64,000 nucleotides of DNA from Candidatus Heimdallarchaeota archaeon (lineage in GTDB: Archaea; Asgardarchaeota; Heimdallarchaeia; JABLTI01). The notes below the pieces were generated by a model, which saw only the letters and a list, made by a program, of their open reading frames with translations, made no database searches and was not told the origin of the DNA. The first letter of the stretch is position 1, and each line of letters starts with the position of its first letter. The DNA is taken from assembly GCA_018238155.1 (NCBI GenBank), contig JABCTZ010000036.1, positions 384,001-448,000 on the forward strand, in the 5' to 3' direction. Below are positions 1 through 10,753 of this stretch, piece by piece. The position numbers and the translations under genes are program-made.

Positions 1-942
1 CATTTGAGAGATTTTGCTCATATCACACCTTTCTTCTAAGTTTTCAACAAATTGCACTCTTTCCTCAAAAGGGTGAACACTTTGTACATCATTGTATACT
101 TCTGCATCAATCTTTGGATCAATAAGATAGACATCGCTTTGTAAATGGGTGCCAAAATAATCAACCATTCGAACAACAATACTATCATTTCCTAAAACAA
201 TTATACTGTCATCTTTTGTGATTTTTTCACTCCATTTCACAACAGAGTTCATTGTCCACTTAGATAAAGAAAATGTAAATGCATTCCATGGTTCGCTAGT
301 GAGATACTCTCTAAAATGGTCATTAAAAACTCGCATATATAGGTCACATGTACTGTTCAGTTCTCTAACTTTTACTGCTGCAATTAAAGCTCTTCGGAGG
401 TCACTTGTGACGCAAATGACTTCCTTACATTTTTCCACAGCGGCAAGTTTTACAATATCAATATCTGTGTAATCCCCAACAACTACAGGTTGATGAAAAT
501 TAATTAGATCCTCAACTTTGCCTATATCTATTTCAACTACAGAATACGGTTGATTATTCTCTCTCAGATATTCTACCACGCGCTTTCCTAAATGGTTGCA
601 TCCTAAGACTACTGTGTGATTTGATTTTCGAGAAGATAATTTCCTAGAACTCAATACTGGATTATATCCATAGAATTCCTGCAATGTTGTTAGAATAAAT
701 GTTAAGATAAGCAATTCAAATAGTAAAGGCCAAATAAATTGGTACAAACTGTTCAAGGTTTCATTTGCTTCAATTGGTTTTACACAGATAGATTTCAATA
801 AAATTACTAGAAAATTCTTATCTGTTTCAATGATAAGAAAAGTAATTATTCCTGCTATCCAAAACAAAATAAAAATAATAAATGGTAATCTAAATTGTTT
901 TAATTGATTACCAAATGTTCTCAATCTGCTGCGTGATTTCAT
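1..942 (-). CDS. Membrane protein with TrkA-N/RCK (NAD-binding) domain(s), K+ channel/transport-regulator-like; 3' end runs off the window
   Basis: Not in the ORF track. ATG at 942, and the segments I translated stay in one frame down to position 1. Hydrophobic N-terminus (LPFIIFILFWIAGIITFLII), then HTVVLGCNHLGKRVVEYL...VVEID...VVGD, a Rossmann/TrkA-N pattern. Confidence 0.7.
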   Translation of the reverse strand, partial: MKSRSRLRTFGNQLKQFRLPFIIFILFWIAGIITFLIIETDKNFLVILLKSICVKPIEANETLNSLYQFIWPLLFELLILTFILTTLQEFYGYNPVLSSRKLSSRKSNHTVVLGCNHLGKRVVEYLRENNQPYSVVEIDIGKVEDLINFHQPVVVGDYTDIDIVKLAAVEKCKEVICVTSDLRRALIAAVKVRELNSTCDLYMRVFNDHFREYLTSEPWNAFTFSLSKWTMNSVVKWSEKITKDDSIIVLGNDSIVVRMVDYFGTHLQSDVYLIDPKIDAEVYNDVQSVHPFEERVQFVENLEERCDMSKISQM

Positions 943-1175
943 ACTCAATTATTAAACAGTGGAAATATATTAAAGATTGTGAAATAACCTTTGAAAATCC
1001 ACTTTCAATTATCAAATAAGAAAATATAGCCAACAATTTTTTTTATTGATTAATTCATACTTTTATTACAATTGCAGCCATTTTTTCTCAATCTGGTGAG
1101 AATACTTTTTTAGTTAGATGAAAATTATTTACTCTCTACTTAATATTCCATTGATGAATAAATAAAGTTGATTGT

Positions 1176-2138
1176 ATGACTACCTCAATTAATAGTTCAG
1201 AAGACAAAAACAACTCTTTCAATTTTAAAAAAACTAAATTCAAATACACTGTTGTTTCAGTAAAATTTTTCGACGAACTCCAAAATGATTTGGATAAATT
1301 GCATCGAGATGAAAATCTTAGCACTCATAAAAATTTCCGGGTATACCTTGATAAGATGAAGTTTGCCCTTCCTGAAGATTTTCCTTCAGCAAAGTATGTT
1401 ATTCTTTTAGTTCGAGAAACGAAGCTCGGTTTAATTGATCTAAATTATAAAGGCAAAAAACATCAGATAATGATATCCCCTGGTTATTTTGGTAGTTCGA
1501 AATATGGTCAAAATGAACTGATCGATTACGTAAAGTCAAATATTATTAGGAGCACTGATTATAGACTTGAACCTGTAACCGGTAATTTACACATAAAGTC
1601 CATAACCGTTAGAAGTGGGTTAGGTCGATACGGTCGAAATAATTTATGCTATGTTGATGAGATGGGCAGCTTTATTGTAATACGTGCATTCCTCACAGAT
1701 TTCGATTTTAATGACGAAACATTCTTTGATATGAAATTAATGGCTGCTTGTGAGAATTGTCGACTATGTGTTACAAAATGTCCAACTGAAGCGATTACTG
1801 GTGATAATTCACCAATTGATGTTGATAGATGTATCACTCTCTATAATGAAAATCTTGGCGAACTTCCAGAATGGATAGATCACTCGGTATACAATGCCTT
1901 GTTTGGTTGTATGAGATGTCAAATGTATTGTCCTGTCAATAAAGATGTAATGAAGAATTCCCACCATTTAGGTGAGCTCTCAGAAGATGAAACAATGGTA
2001 CTATTGAACGGCACAAAAAATAGCCCTTTGCTTGATTCTATAAGTGAGAAGCTACAAATCCCTATTGCCAAACATCCTGACTATTATCTATCTGTGATTC
2101 AAAGAAATCTTAAAATGTTGTTAGAAAAGAACTGTTAG
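1176..2138 (+). CDS. Epoxyqueuosine reductase (QueG)-like 2x[4Fe-4S] protein
   Basis: SGLGRYGRNNL, CENCRLCVTKCP, DRCIT and FGCMRCQMYCP motifs typical of the QueG/reductive-dehalogenase-like family. Confidence 0.75.
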   Translation: MTTSINSSEDKNNSFNFKKTKFKYTVVSVKFFDELQNDLDKLHRDENLSTHKNFRVYLDKMKFALPEDFPSAKYVILLVRETKLGLIDLNYKGKKHQIMISPGYFGSSKYGQNELIDYVKSNIIRSTDYRLEPVTGNLHIKSITVRSGLGRYGRNNLCYVDEMGSFIVIRAFLTDFDFNDETFFDMKLMAACENCRLCVTKCPTEAITGDNSPIDVDRCITLYNENLGELPEWIDHSVYNALFGCMRCQMYCPVNKDVMKNSHHLGELSEDETMVLLNGTKNSPLLDSISEKLQIPIAKHPDYYLSVIQRNLKMLLEKNC

Positions 2139-2338
2139 TAGTTTTTTTCATGTTAAATCATTGATTTAGATATCTTTATTTACATTAAAATGTAATACAA
2201 TTACAGACAAGCAATCGAGATTAGCGGTTACGATATATCAGATACTTACCTCTCTGAAACAATCTCACCAATAGTCGCAAAGGAAGGCATTCGTACTTCT
2301 GCAAGGTTGAATTGTCACTTTACAAAGAGGTATAGCTG

Positions 2339-3949
2339 ATGAAAAATAATGCTCGCAAAGAGATATTAGAACAAATTGCAGAAGGAAATGTTTCTGCAGA
2401 TGAAGGTTTTAGACTTCTTCAAAAATTAGAGCGTGCAGATGCTGAGATTTCACGTCTGGTTAACATTAATTCTAATACAACTGTTTCTATGGATATTTTC
2501 GATGAAATATCTACAAACATTGCACCATATGTTAAACCGGAATTTCTACTTGCATTACGCGAAATTAATCATGAAGAAGGTATAACTCACTATGAGTTAA
2601 AAGAATTCATTTTGAAAGAACTCAATAATGATTACACAAAAGCAATAGCTAAATATGGCTACAAGAAACTCTCGAGAGACGATTTGTACAGCTTTCTAAC
2701 AAATGGTATTACACCTGAATACTTGTATGAATTGAAAAGATGTGGATATAATGATATTCCAATTTCTCAATTAATCAAAATGGGCATCCATAATGTCGAT
2801 GCTGATTTTATTGATGATTTGAAGGATCAAGGTTATAAAGATCTGTCTCCAAATCAGCTAGTAAAAATGTCTCTACGAGATGTCACACCCGACTTTATTT
2901 CTACGTTAAAAGAACTCGGTTATTACAATCTTTCAGTTAATCAATTAGTGAAGCTTCAGAGTGCAGGGATAACTGCTAGATACATTATTGAACTTGAAAA
3001 AGCAGGATTTCGTGAACTTGCTCCTAGTATTTTGTTAAGTTTAATAACTGCAGGTGTAGATAAGGATTTTATCAAAAAAGCACGAAAGGAATTTGGTAAA
3101 GATGTTCCCTTAAATCAAATTCTGAAAATGAAAAAATATGGTGTAACTGATTCTTTCGTAAAAGAAATGAAAAGTTTGGGTTATGATAATCTCTCTCCAA
3201 ATCGCTTTGTTGAATTGAAAAAGAGTGGCGTAGATACAGGTCCAATAACAAATTTGGAATCTCTAGGGTACTCTAATATTTCAGTCGATACTCTAATGGA
3301 TTTACAAAATCATGATGTTAAATTTAATTTTATCAAAAAAGTTCTTGATACCGGATTACAAGTCAAGAATTTAGAAGATTTTATTGAACTTTCAAATCAT
3401 GATGTTTCACTTCAATACATTGAACAAGTGATGAAATTAGATCTAAAGATCAAAAACGTTGATGATCTTATCGAACTCTCGAATCACGATGTTTCTATCG
3501 AATATATTCAGAAATTAAAAGATAGCAAAATTCGAATAAAAGATATCGATGAATTGGTAGAATTAGCAAGCCATAGCGTAACTCCAGAATATATTACTAT
3601 GATTCAGAATTCCGGAGTAAAAAAAATCGACTTAGATGATCTAATTGAATTGGCTAGTCACAGTATATCTCCTCAATTTATCATTGATTTACAACAATCA
3701 GGCTATCGCAAATTTGACATTGATGATATGATAGAATTACATGATCATGGTATAGATGTTAAATTCATCACAAAAATAGCTGGATTAGGGTATTCAAAAC
3801 TCGACGCAGATCAGTTAATCGAATTTCATGAACATAACATCGATGCAGATTTCATTCAAGCACTAAAGAAAAAAGGAATAAAGAACCTCACTCCAGACAA
3901 ACTCATTGAAGCAAAAGAAAATGATTTATTGAATTTCTTTGATGATTAA
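2339..3949 (+). CDS. Alpha-solenoid protein with about 15 tandem 29-aa repeats and a short N-terminal SHOCT-like segment
   Basis: Repeats such as GYKDLSPNQLVKMSLRDVTPDFISTLKEL. N-terminus RKEILEQIAEGNVSADEGFRLLQKL. AGAGGT RBS upstream. Confidence 0.75.
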   Translation: MKNNARKEILEQIAEGNVSADEGFRLLQKLERADAEISRLVNINSNTTVSMDIFDEISTNIAPYVKPEFLLALREINHEEGITHYELKEFILKELNNDYTKAIAKYGYKKLSRDDLYSFLTNGITPEYLYELKRCGYNDIPISQLIKMGIHNVDADFIDDLKDQGYKDLSPNQLVKMSLRDVTPDFISTLKELGYYNLSVNQLVKLQSAGITARYIIELEKAGFRELAPSILLSLITAGVDKDFIKKARKEFGKDVPLNQILKMKKYGVTDSFVKEMKSLGYDNLSPNRFVELKKSGVDTGPITNLESLGYSNISVDTLMDLQNHDVKFNFIKKVLDTGLQVKNLEDFIELSNHDVSLQYIEQVMKLDLKIKNVDDLIELSNHDVSIEYIQKLKDSKIRIKDIDELVELASHSVTPEYITMIQNSGVKKIDLDDLIELASHSISPQFIIDLQQSGYRKFDIDDMIELHDHGIDVKFITKIAGLGYSKLDADQLIEFHEHNIDADFIQALKKKGIKNLTPDKLIEAKENDLLNFFDD

Positions 3950-3968
3950 AAAAAAAAGAATCATAAAC

Positions 3969-4004
3969 AAAAAAAGGATAAATAAAAATCAAAGTCCTTT
4001 TTTT
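3969..4004. terminator. Likely bidirectional terminator between convergent genes
   Basis: AAAAAAAGGA (3969-3978) / TCCTTTTTTT (3995-4004) inverted repeat, flanked by further A and T runs. Confidence 0.45.
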
Positions 4005-4070
4005 GCCTTTTTTTTTGTCCATAAAAAAGCAATTATTTAAAAGTATTTTTTAACACAAAAAAAACGATTT

Positions 4071-5270
4071 CTACTTTTGTAAATCTTCAATAGAACCCAC
4101 AATAATATTTCGCATACATACAGGGCATTTACCTTGTGTTTTAATCCATTCGAAGAGATGTGTAAGATGTGCTTTGGATTCACAATGGGGGCATTGACCT
4201 ATATCTTGATTTTGTGAAATAGGTAGTTTACATACTGAGCATTTCAAAACTTCTTCTTTACAATTTGAGCAAACTTTTTGAGTCTTTGATATTGATCCCC
4301 CACAAAGATAACACACAAGAGCTTTTTTTGTTTCTTGATAATCAAACAAATTATCTATTTCAGCTCGAAATTGAGAATCAAATACCAACATCTTTTGTAG
4401 CTCTTTCTCTTGTCGTCCTCTTTCGTTTATGATTAAATGTCTTGATCCACTTTTACTGTCAAGTCGGGCAATCCAAAATAAATGGTAAAAAGTATCTATA
4501 TTTTTAAATTCTATTATTTTGAAATCCTTTTTAATTTTCAAAGCATTTCTCATACCAAGAAACCATTGTCTTTTGAATTTCTCAACAATATTATTTTGTA
4601 TAGCAATTTTACCATTTGCTTCCTTTCTCAATTTTCTTGTTTGATTTCTAAAATCAGATACTTGTTGCTTGTATTCTTTATATTCCGGTGTAGATTTATT
4701 TGAGGAGTATTTTTCAGCATTTTTTTGAGCTATTTCTGCTTTCTGCTGAAGTGCTTCCGCTTCAATGAATAATGGTTGTACTTCTTCTTTGGTTTTTTCT
4801 AAATCTAATACTAATTCATCATGCCGGTGTATATAAATTTCAAATAAGCTAGTATAAACAATACTTGGATCTAAAAATTGCAATACTGGCACTTTAGTTG
4901 TGTACATACCGATAAGTTGTAGAAGTCTTTTTTTCTCTTTAGAATAGATTGATGTTAGTGCTACTCTTCCACCTTTATCCAATAAAAGTTTCTCAACAAA
5001 AGGTAATGAAAATTTTCCAAGCATAAAATTACTTTTTGAATTAATTTTGGTAGACTCGTCAATCAGTGAATTCTGTTTTGAGTAATTAATCTCAAATTGC
5101 CTTACTGGCCATAAAATCGGTTTGAGATAGATCAACTTCTCAATAATTCTTCGGTGTAAGAGTCCTCCTTTCTTTCGATGTCTTTCGACTATTTCTACAA
5201 TTTTTGCTCTCACTAAATCGTTCTGAATAATTCTATAGCTCATACGGGAAGACTCCAGGAGAAAATTCAT
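4071..5270 (-). CDS. Coiled-coil protein with C-terminal zinc ribbon plus RING-type finger (candidate E3 ligase)
   Basis: CYLC..CSNC followed by CSVC-x12-CPHC-x4-H-x2-H-x3-W-x6-CPVC. Confidence 0.7.
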   Translation of the reverse strand: MNFLLESSRMSYRIIQNDLVRAKIVEIVERHRKKGGLLHRRIIEKLIYLKPILWPVRQFEINYSKQNSLIDESTKINSKSNFMLGKFSLPFVEKLLLDKGGRVALTSIYSKEKKRLLQLIGMYTTKVPVLQFLDPSIVYTSLFEIYIHRHDELVLDLEKTKEEVQPLFIEAEALQQKAEIAQKNAEKYSSNKSTPEYKEYKQQVSDFRNQTRKLRKEANGKIAIQNNIVEKFKRQWFLGMRNALKIKKDFKIIEFKNIDTFYHLFWIARLDSKSGSRHLIINERGRQEKELQKMLVFDSQFRAEIDNLFDYQETKKALVCYLCGGSISKTQKVCSNCKEEVLKCSVCKLPISQNQDIGQCPHCESKAHLTHLFEWIKTQGKCPVCMRNIIVGSIEDLQK

Positions 5271-5429
5271 CTACATATTTTACGCAAGTTTGTTTTACAA
5301 GCAAAATTAAATAGATATTCATATTATTTAAACATGATATAATCTTTCTGTTTGAAGAAAACAATCCTTTATCTTTTGTTTGGCAGCAATTACTAATTGT
5401 TTTTATGTAGATTTGTTTTTACTTTCAGT

Positions 5430-6176
5430 ATGGTAAAGATTGTTTATTGCTCGGTATGCGGCAAAATGTTACATGGTATTGAACGGAAATGTAGTTATTG
5501 TATGATACCATTATGTAAGAAACATTGTGTGAATGGCCTCTGTCCAGATCATCAACACACAATGACCGCAAAACAGTCAAAACAACTTGGAAGCCAAACA
5601 AATTCCTCACTTTGGTTTCTTGTTTGTGCTTGTCCAATAATTGCATTTGCACTTTTCTTTGGTATAGTTGGTTTGCTTACACCAACGGGCAGGACCTTTG
5701 GCATTATTAGTATGGGAATTTTTATTGTTGCTCTTGCTATAACTATTCTAGTTCAAAGAAGGAGTAAAAGATTGACTACTGAAGTTCATGCTGAAATAGA
5801 GCGAGATCAACAGCAGTTAGTTAGTATTTGCCCAAATTGTGGTGGTCCTATTATGGCCAATAATTCTTCTTGTTCAAATTGTGGAATGACTGTTAATCAT
5901 TCATCACAACAATCAGTGCCACCTCAACAAAATGCTAGAAATGAACATGAACATCACATTCCTCCTCCTCCCCCTGGTTGGACACCTAATCAACAAATCG
6001 ATAGAGGCTTGCAAGAAATAGCCAATGCAAATCCTGGATCCAAAATTGAAGTCACAAGTTATTATGATGAAGCAACAAATTCTGGATTTCACATTTGTAA
6101 GCATTGTAACATTAGATTTGAAACAAAAGGTGATACTATAGAGTGTCCCCATTGTCGAAAATCATTATATGGATAA
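5430..6176 (+). CDS. Two-TM membrane protein with several zinc fingers/ribbons and a Pro-rich linker
   Basis: ATG 5430 preferred over TTG 5397. N-terminal Cys/His cluster, two hydrophobic helices, CPNC..CSNC, PPPPPGW, CKHC..CPHC. Confidence 0.65.
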   Translation: MVKIVYCSVCGKMLHGIERKCSYCMIPLCKKHCVNGLCPDHQHTMTAKQSKQLGSQTNSSLWFLVCACPIIAFALFFGIVGLLTPTGRTFGIISMGIFIVALAITILVQRRSKRLTTEVHAEIERDQQQLVSICPNCGGPIMANNSSCSNCGMTVNHSSQQSVPPQQNARNEHEHHIPPPPPGWTPNQQIDRGLQEIANANPGSKIEVTSYYDEATNSGFHICKHCNIRFETKGDTIECPHCRKSLYG

Positions 6177-6245
6177 TTCAAATCTTTTATTGCTTTTTTT
6201 TCTTAAATACAAAGGTACCAGTTTTCTACTAGTAATTTTCTAAAT

Positions 6246-6797
6246 TCATTTCTCACTATTTGTTGTTCCTAAGAATTGGTATATTTCTTTTAATGGTAGA
6301 TGATCGGCTATACTGTTTCCATAATAGGCTCGTTTAATAACTAAATTTTCAATTAAGAAATCCGCAGGTACTAAATTTACTTGCCCTTCCCTTTTACCTG
6401 TTTTAAATCCTTTTTTATGCGCTTTATTCAAAGTTTTTGTCAGGCCACCTTTTATGAATTTTATCCATGATTTTTCTACACCAAACAACTTGTAGATTTT
6501 TCTTTCTGGATCAGGGATTAAGGGAAATGGCACTTCTTGCTTACCAACATATTGTTCCATACTTTCCATTGAAGATTGGAAGAAAGCAATGATGAATAAT
6601 CCTTTCTCTTTTAGTGCATCATATTCTTGAATGAGTTGACTGATTCGTAAGTTACACAAAGCACAAGAAGCGTATCTAAAAAACGAGAGTAGTAATTTCT
6701 TCTCTTTGTAATCTTCTAAGTTAATGTTGTTTCCTTCAAAATCCGTTACAGAGAATAACTTTGCTTTGTTTCCTTCCTTCAGTCTCATTTTAATCAA
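6246..6797 (-). CDS. AhpC/TSA-family peroxiredoxin-like redoxin
   Basis: FFRYASCALC, PFPLIPDPERKIY and PADFLI motifs. Confidence 0.8.
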   Translation of the reverse strand: MIKMRLKEGNKAKLFSVTDFEGNNINLEDYKEKKLLLSFFRYASCALCNLRISQLIQEYDALKEKGLFIIAFFQSSMESMEQYVGKQEVPFPLIPDPERKIYKLFGVEKSWIKFIKGGLTKTLNKAHKKGFKTGKREGQVNLVPADFLIENLVIKRAYYGNSIADHLPLKEIYQFLGTTNSEK

Positions 6798-6932
6798 TTA
6801 GTGATTAATGATAGTTTGAATTAAAGATGTTGGTTAAGATAATGCTGTGGAAGTTTCAATAAATTGTTTTTTACAAGTTTATTAATCAATTTTTTATTAA
6901 ATGTTTATAATATTGAATAACATGCTAATTTC

Positions 6933-7682
6933 ATGAAAGATAACAACAAAAATTCTTTACTACTAGTAGAAATTTTATCCTCACCATGGTCAACAACAGA
7001 CTACTCTGGTGAGAAAGTAAAAATTACCGGTATGAAAAAATCAGACACAGTTGAGATCAAAGTTTCTGAAATAGATCTGATTGCAAAAATGTTAGAGCAT
7101 GAAGATCCGAAAATACAAATTGGTGCCAAGAAAATTCTCGGTTTGTTTGGTGAAAATGCTAATGCTTACATCAAGCAAATATCAAAGAATTTTAAGCGAT
7201 TTGATGAAAAGGAGCAAATTGAGATAATACTTTCGTTACGAAGAATTGGAACAGAAGAAGCACTAAATGAAATAGGATTAATGATTGATACTAAACCGTC
7301 ATATGATGTTTTGTTTGATACTATCTATTATCTAAGTGAATTGTTAGAAGATTTTCCTGTTTTGGGTCTATCAACTATTTTGAAATGTTCCAATAATAGA
7401 GATATGTGGATAATGCTTGAAGGAAGCTTTAGGGAATCTCTGATTGTTGGTCAAGATCCAAATCGAGAAGCACTCAATGATCTTTCAACCAAAATAAAAC
7501 GTGAACCACCAATTGGTATAAGTCAAGAAATGGAGAAAGACCGGATTCAATTAGATTATACATTTGATAGAATAGCAGAAACAGTAATTCTAATATTTCA
7601 ATTGGAAAAAAGCACTAAAAAAGAGGAAAGCAAAGAAGCCAAAAAATTACTTAAAAGAATAAAATCACTGGTTAAAGATTGA
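6933..7682 (+). CDS. Hypothetical protein with HEAT-like helical repeats
   Basis: LEHEDPKIQIGAKKILG and LRRIGTEEALNEI segments. Confidence 0.5.
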   Translation: MKDNNKNSLLLVEILSSPWSTTDYSGEKVKITGMKKSDTVEIKVSEIDLIAKMLEHEDPKIQIGAKKILGLFGENANAYIKQISKNFKRFDEKEQIEIILSLRRIGTEEALNEIGLMIDTKPSYDVLFDTIYYLSELLEDFPVLGLSTILKCSNNRDMWIMLEGSFRESLIVGQDPNREALNDLSTKIKREPPIGISQEMEKDRIQLDYTFDRIAETVILIFQLEKSTKKEESKEAKKLLKRIKSLVKD

Positions 7683-7981
7683 ATGAAATAGTTTGTCTGA
7701 AGAAGGTTTTTACTTAGTGCTAATAGCTTTTTTTCTGAAATTTTTTGATTAAATTCTATAATCAATATTTTTCTTCGATTCCTATACCAAACAAAGAATA
7801 CAATCGATAATACAAGGAAAAAAATAATTGGAATGGTTAAAGTCTAGTAAAGTTGAATCTAGTTCAAACAAATAACAAATCTCCTAATACATGTCTCATT
7901 GTTTTGAAAGTTAAAAATATTAACATTTTTTAAGAAAATTTTATAGTGTCATATTAAAAACTGTTAATGAGATGATTTCAG

Positions 7982-8467
7982 ATGAAAATTGGTATAATTA
8001 TCTGTAGCCGGTATCAAACATGTGATGGTGGGAAGTGTTTTCGAGCAGTTAATAATCGTGAAGGTGCATTCCGAAGATATTCAAAAGATGAACCCTTAGA
8101 AGTTGTTGTTTTCACTTCTTGTGGTGGTTGTCCTGGAGGCAATATTGAAATTACTGCTGCTAATGGAGCAAAGAAATATGGTGCAGAAGCAATTCATCTT
8201 GCGACTGGTCTTTTAGCTGGTTATCCTCCTTGCAAATATCTGTCAACACATATTAAATTTCTAAAAGAACAAACAGGTTTACCTGTCATTGTTGGCACTC
8301 ATCCAATGCCTACTAACTATATTACTATGCATAAGAAGGTTGGTGATTGGTCAAAACACCATCTCGAGTTAATGGAAAAATTCGATCTTCTTCACCCCGA
8401 AGAAACAGTAAAATATGATTCCACTCGTCCTGATTACGTTTCTATATTACAGAAAGAAGTGAAGTAA
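7982..8467 (+). CDS. CGGC-domain metal-binding protein
   Basis: MKIGIIIC..C.GGKCF, SCGGCPG, IHLATG, PPC and VIVGTH motifs. Confidence 0.85.
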   Translation: MKIGIIICSRYQTCDGGKCFRAVNNREGAFRRYSKDEPLEVVVFTSCGGCPGGNIEITAANGAKKYGAEAIHLATGLLAGYPPCKYLSTHIKFLKEQTGLPVIVGTHPMPTNYITMHKKVGDWSKHHLELMEKFDLLHPEETVKYDSTRPDYVSILQKEVK

Positions 8468-8572
8468 ATTCACTTTATCTCGAATTTTTTTCTTTTAGTA
8501 TTTACTATCAAAAGATTAAATTTCTACTTAAGCATATATTTAATGTAATTTATGTATCGAAGATGATTATTA

Positions 8573-9523
8573 TTGAAAAAAAGTTACAAATACATTTATG
8601 GTCCTGTGCCATCAAGACGATTAGGAAAATCACTTGGTATAAGTCCCATCCCTGAAAAAACATGTAATTATTCATGTGTATATTGCCAAATTGGTCGAAC
8701 TACTCATTTTACTAACACTCGAGAGGATTTTTTCCCTAGAGATGAAATTCTAGAAGAAATTAAAGATGCTGTAGAGCAATTGGATTTTGATTATATTACT
8801 TTCGTTGGAGAAGGTGAACCCACTTTAAGTAAAAGTTTAGGCTGGTTAATAGTTGAAACTAAAAAGTTAACCGATAAACCTGTTGCAGTAATTACTAATG
8901 GAGCATTGTTATATGATCCTCAAGTTAGAAAAGAATTGCTTGAAGCAGATGTGATTCTTCCTACGTTAGATGCAACTACTCAAGAATTATTTAAAAAAGT
9001 AAACAGACCAAAGAAAGAATTAGATATCGAAAAAATAATCCAAGGATTCCATGATTTTCGCGAAAAATATACCGGACAAATATGGATGGAAGTTATGCTA
9101 GTTGCTGGATTGAATGATTCTGAAGAAAATATTGCTGCAATTAAAGAAGTACTGAATCAAATCAAATGTGAACGAGTGTATGTCAACGTGCCAATACGCC
9201 CACCTGCTGAAAAATGGGTGAAAATTCCATCAAAAGAACGTGTTATTGAAATCTGTAAAATCTTGAATGCAGAAAATATTGATTCATATGAACAAACAGA
9301 AGGGATTCATATTGATAAGGAAAAAGACCTCAAAGAGGAAATTCTAAAGACAACGTTAAGGCATCCTTTACGCGAATCACAAATAATATCAATGTTAGAC
9401 CTCCCTAAGGAAGAGATTATGCAATTATTACGCGAAATGGAAACAAGTGGTGTAATTAGAAAAAAAATTTACAACGAAAAAACTTTCTGGGTTAGAACAA
9501 AACAAAAAGAAAAAAAGAACTAG
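8573..9523 (+). CDS. Radical SAM protein (COG0731/TYW1-like Fe-S oxidoreductase)
   Basis: YGPVPSRRLGKSLGI, CNYSCVYC, GEGEPTL and VITNG motifs. Confidence 0.85.
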   Translation: MKKSYKYIYGPVPSRRLGKSLGISPIPEKTCNYSCVYCQIGRTTHFTNTREDFFPRDEILEEIKDAVEQLDFDYITFVGEGEPTLSKSLGWLIVETKKLTDKPVAVITNGALLYDPQVRKELLEADVILPTLDATTQELFKKVNRPKKELDIEKIIQGFHDFREKYTGQIWMEVMLVAGLNDSEENIAAIKEVLNQIKCERVYVNVPIRPPAEKWVKIPSKERVIEICKILNAENIDSYEQTEGIHIDKEKDLKEEILKTTLRHPLRESQIISMLDLPKEEIMQLLREMETSGVIRKKIYNEKTFWVRTKQKEKKN

Positions 9524-9733
9524 TTTGGAATTAACTAATAAAGTATATCAATATTAATTAAGAAAATTAAGAAATAAGTTTGAACATTGCAAGGTTGGTT
9601 CAATGACCACCACAAAATCGATTTTTGTGGCTTAACACTTTTTTTTTTTAACTCCGAATTAAAGAGAAATCTAGTTTGGATTTCAAAAGAGAGAGAAAAA
9701 TTTTACATCTATATTGTTTTACTATTTAGTATT

Positions 9734-10753
9734 ATGAACCATCGAACCCTCAAATTTAAAGTTGCAGTTGTACAGGACTCATCGGCTATTATGGATAAGA
9801 AAAAATGCTTAGAAAAAGTAGAGCAACTGACTAAAGAAGCAGTAAGCAATGAAGCAAACTTAGTATTGTTTCCCGAAGCATTTATCCCTGCATATCCTAG
9901 AGGATTAATCTTTGGTGCAAAAGTGGGTAGTCGATCTGATAAAGGAAAAGATGATTTTGCTCGCTATTGGCAAAACTCAATTGAAATTCCAAGTGAAGAT
10001 ATTTCTATTCTTGGTGAAATTGCCAAATCTAATAGTGTCTATCTTATCGTTGGAATAATAGAACGTGATAGTAAAAGCAAAGGTGGAACACTTTATTGTT
10101 CAATGGTTTATTTTGACCCCAATGGAAACTATCTAGGTAAACACCGAAAATTGAAACCAACTGGCTCTGAAAGATTAATCTGGGGCGAAGGTGATGGTAG
10201 CACTTTGACTGTTATTGAGACCCCATTTGGTAAAATTGGTGGATTAATTTGTTGGGAAAATTATATGCCTTTGGCAAGAACAGCAATTTATGGAAAAGGT
10301 GTAGATATCTATTTAGCTCCAACAGCAGATGCTCGAGAGCAATGGCAGTCAACTATTAAGCATATTGCTTTAGAGGGAAGATGTTTTGTCCTCTCATGTA
10401 ATCAATTTGTAACCAAGGAAATGTATCCTAAGGATTTGGCTTGTTATGATGATTTGAAAGATTCTCCTGATATAATGTCTCGAGGTGGGAGTGCAATAAT
10501 TGATCCAAATGGTAATTATTTAGCCGGTCCGTTATTTGACTCAACCGGAATTCTTTACGCTGATCTTGATCTTTCCCTAATAGCAAAAAGTCGATTTGAT
10601 TTTGATGTTGTAGGTCATTATTCTCGACCAGATATTTTTCAATTAACTGTTAATGAGTTTGAACAAAAATCAGTTATCTTGAAAAAAAGAAAGCATAAAT
10701 TGTTTGGAAAATACCGAAAAAATAGTTTTGGACGGAAAGAAGTTATTGAATAA
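9734..10753 (+). CDS. Nitrilase / carbon-nitrogen hydrolase
   Basis: E-K-C triad: LFPEAFIP, KHRKLKPT, LICWENYMPLAR. C-terminal FDVVGHYSRPD. ATG 9734 is more plausible than 9587. Confidence 0.9.
   Translation: MNHRTLKFKVAVVQDSSAIMDKKKCLEKVEQLTKEAVSNEANLVLFPEAFIPAYPRGLIFGAKVGSRSDKGKDDFARYWQNSIEIPSEDISILGEIAKSNSVYLIVGIIERDSKSKGGTLYCSMVYFDPNGNYLGKHRKLKPTGSERLIWGEGDGSTLTVIETPFGKIGGLICWENYMPLARTAIYGKGVDIYLAPTADAREQWQSTIKHIALEGRCFVLSCNQFVTKEMYPKDLACYDDLKDSPDIMSRGGSAIIDPNGNYLAGPLFDSTGILYADLDLSLIAKSRFDFDVVGHYSRPDIFQLTVNEFEQKSVILKKRKHKLFGKYRKNSFGRKEVIE

Noticed and set aside
2217-2335. Possible anti-SD pairing (TACCTCT with AGAGGTA) upstream of the repeat protein
   Set aside because: Only 7 bp at long range, with no recognisable riboswitch core.
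2650-3949. 87-nt periodicity as a CRISPR array or DNA repeat
   Set aside because: The repeats are degenerate at DNA level and in frame within a protein. There is no repeat-spacer structure and no cas gene.
9734-10753. Nitrilase as a zeamine/fabclavine-type tailoring hydrolase of the PKS
   Set aside because: It has ordinary nitrilase motifs (CWENYMPLAR), lies 15 kb from the PKS and is in a different transcription unit.
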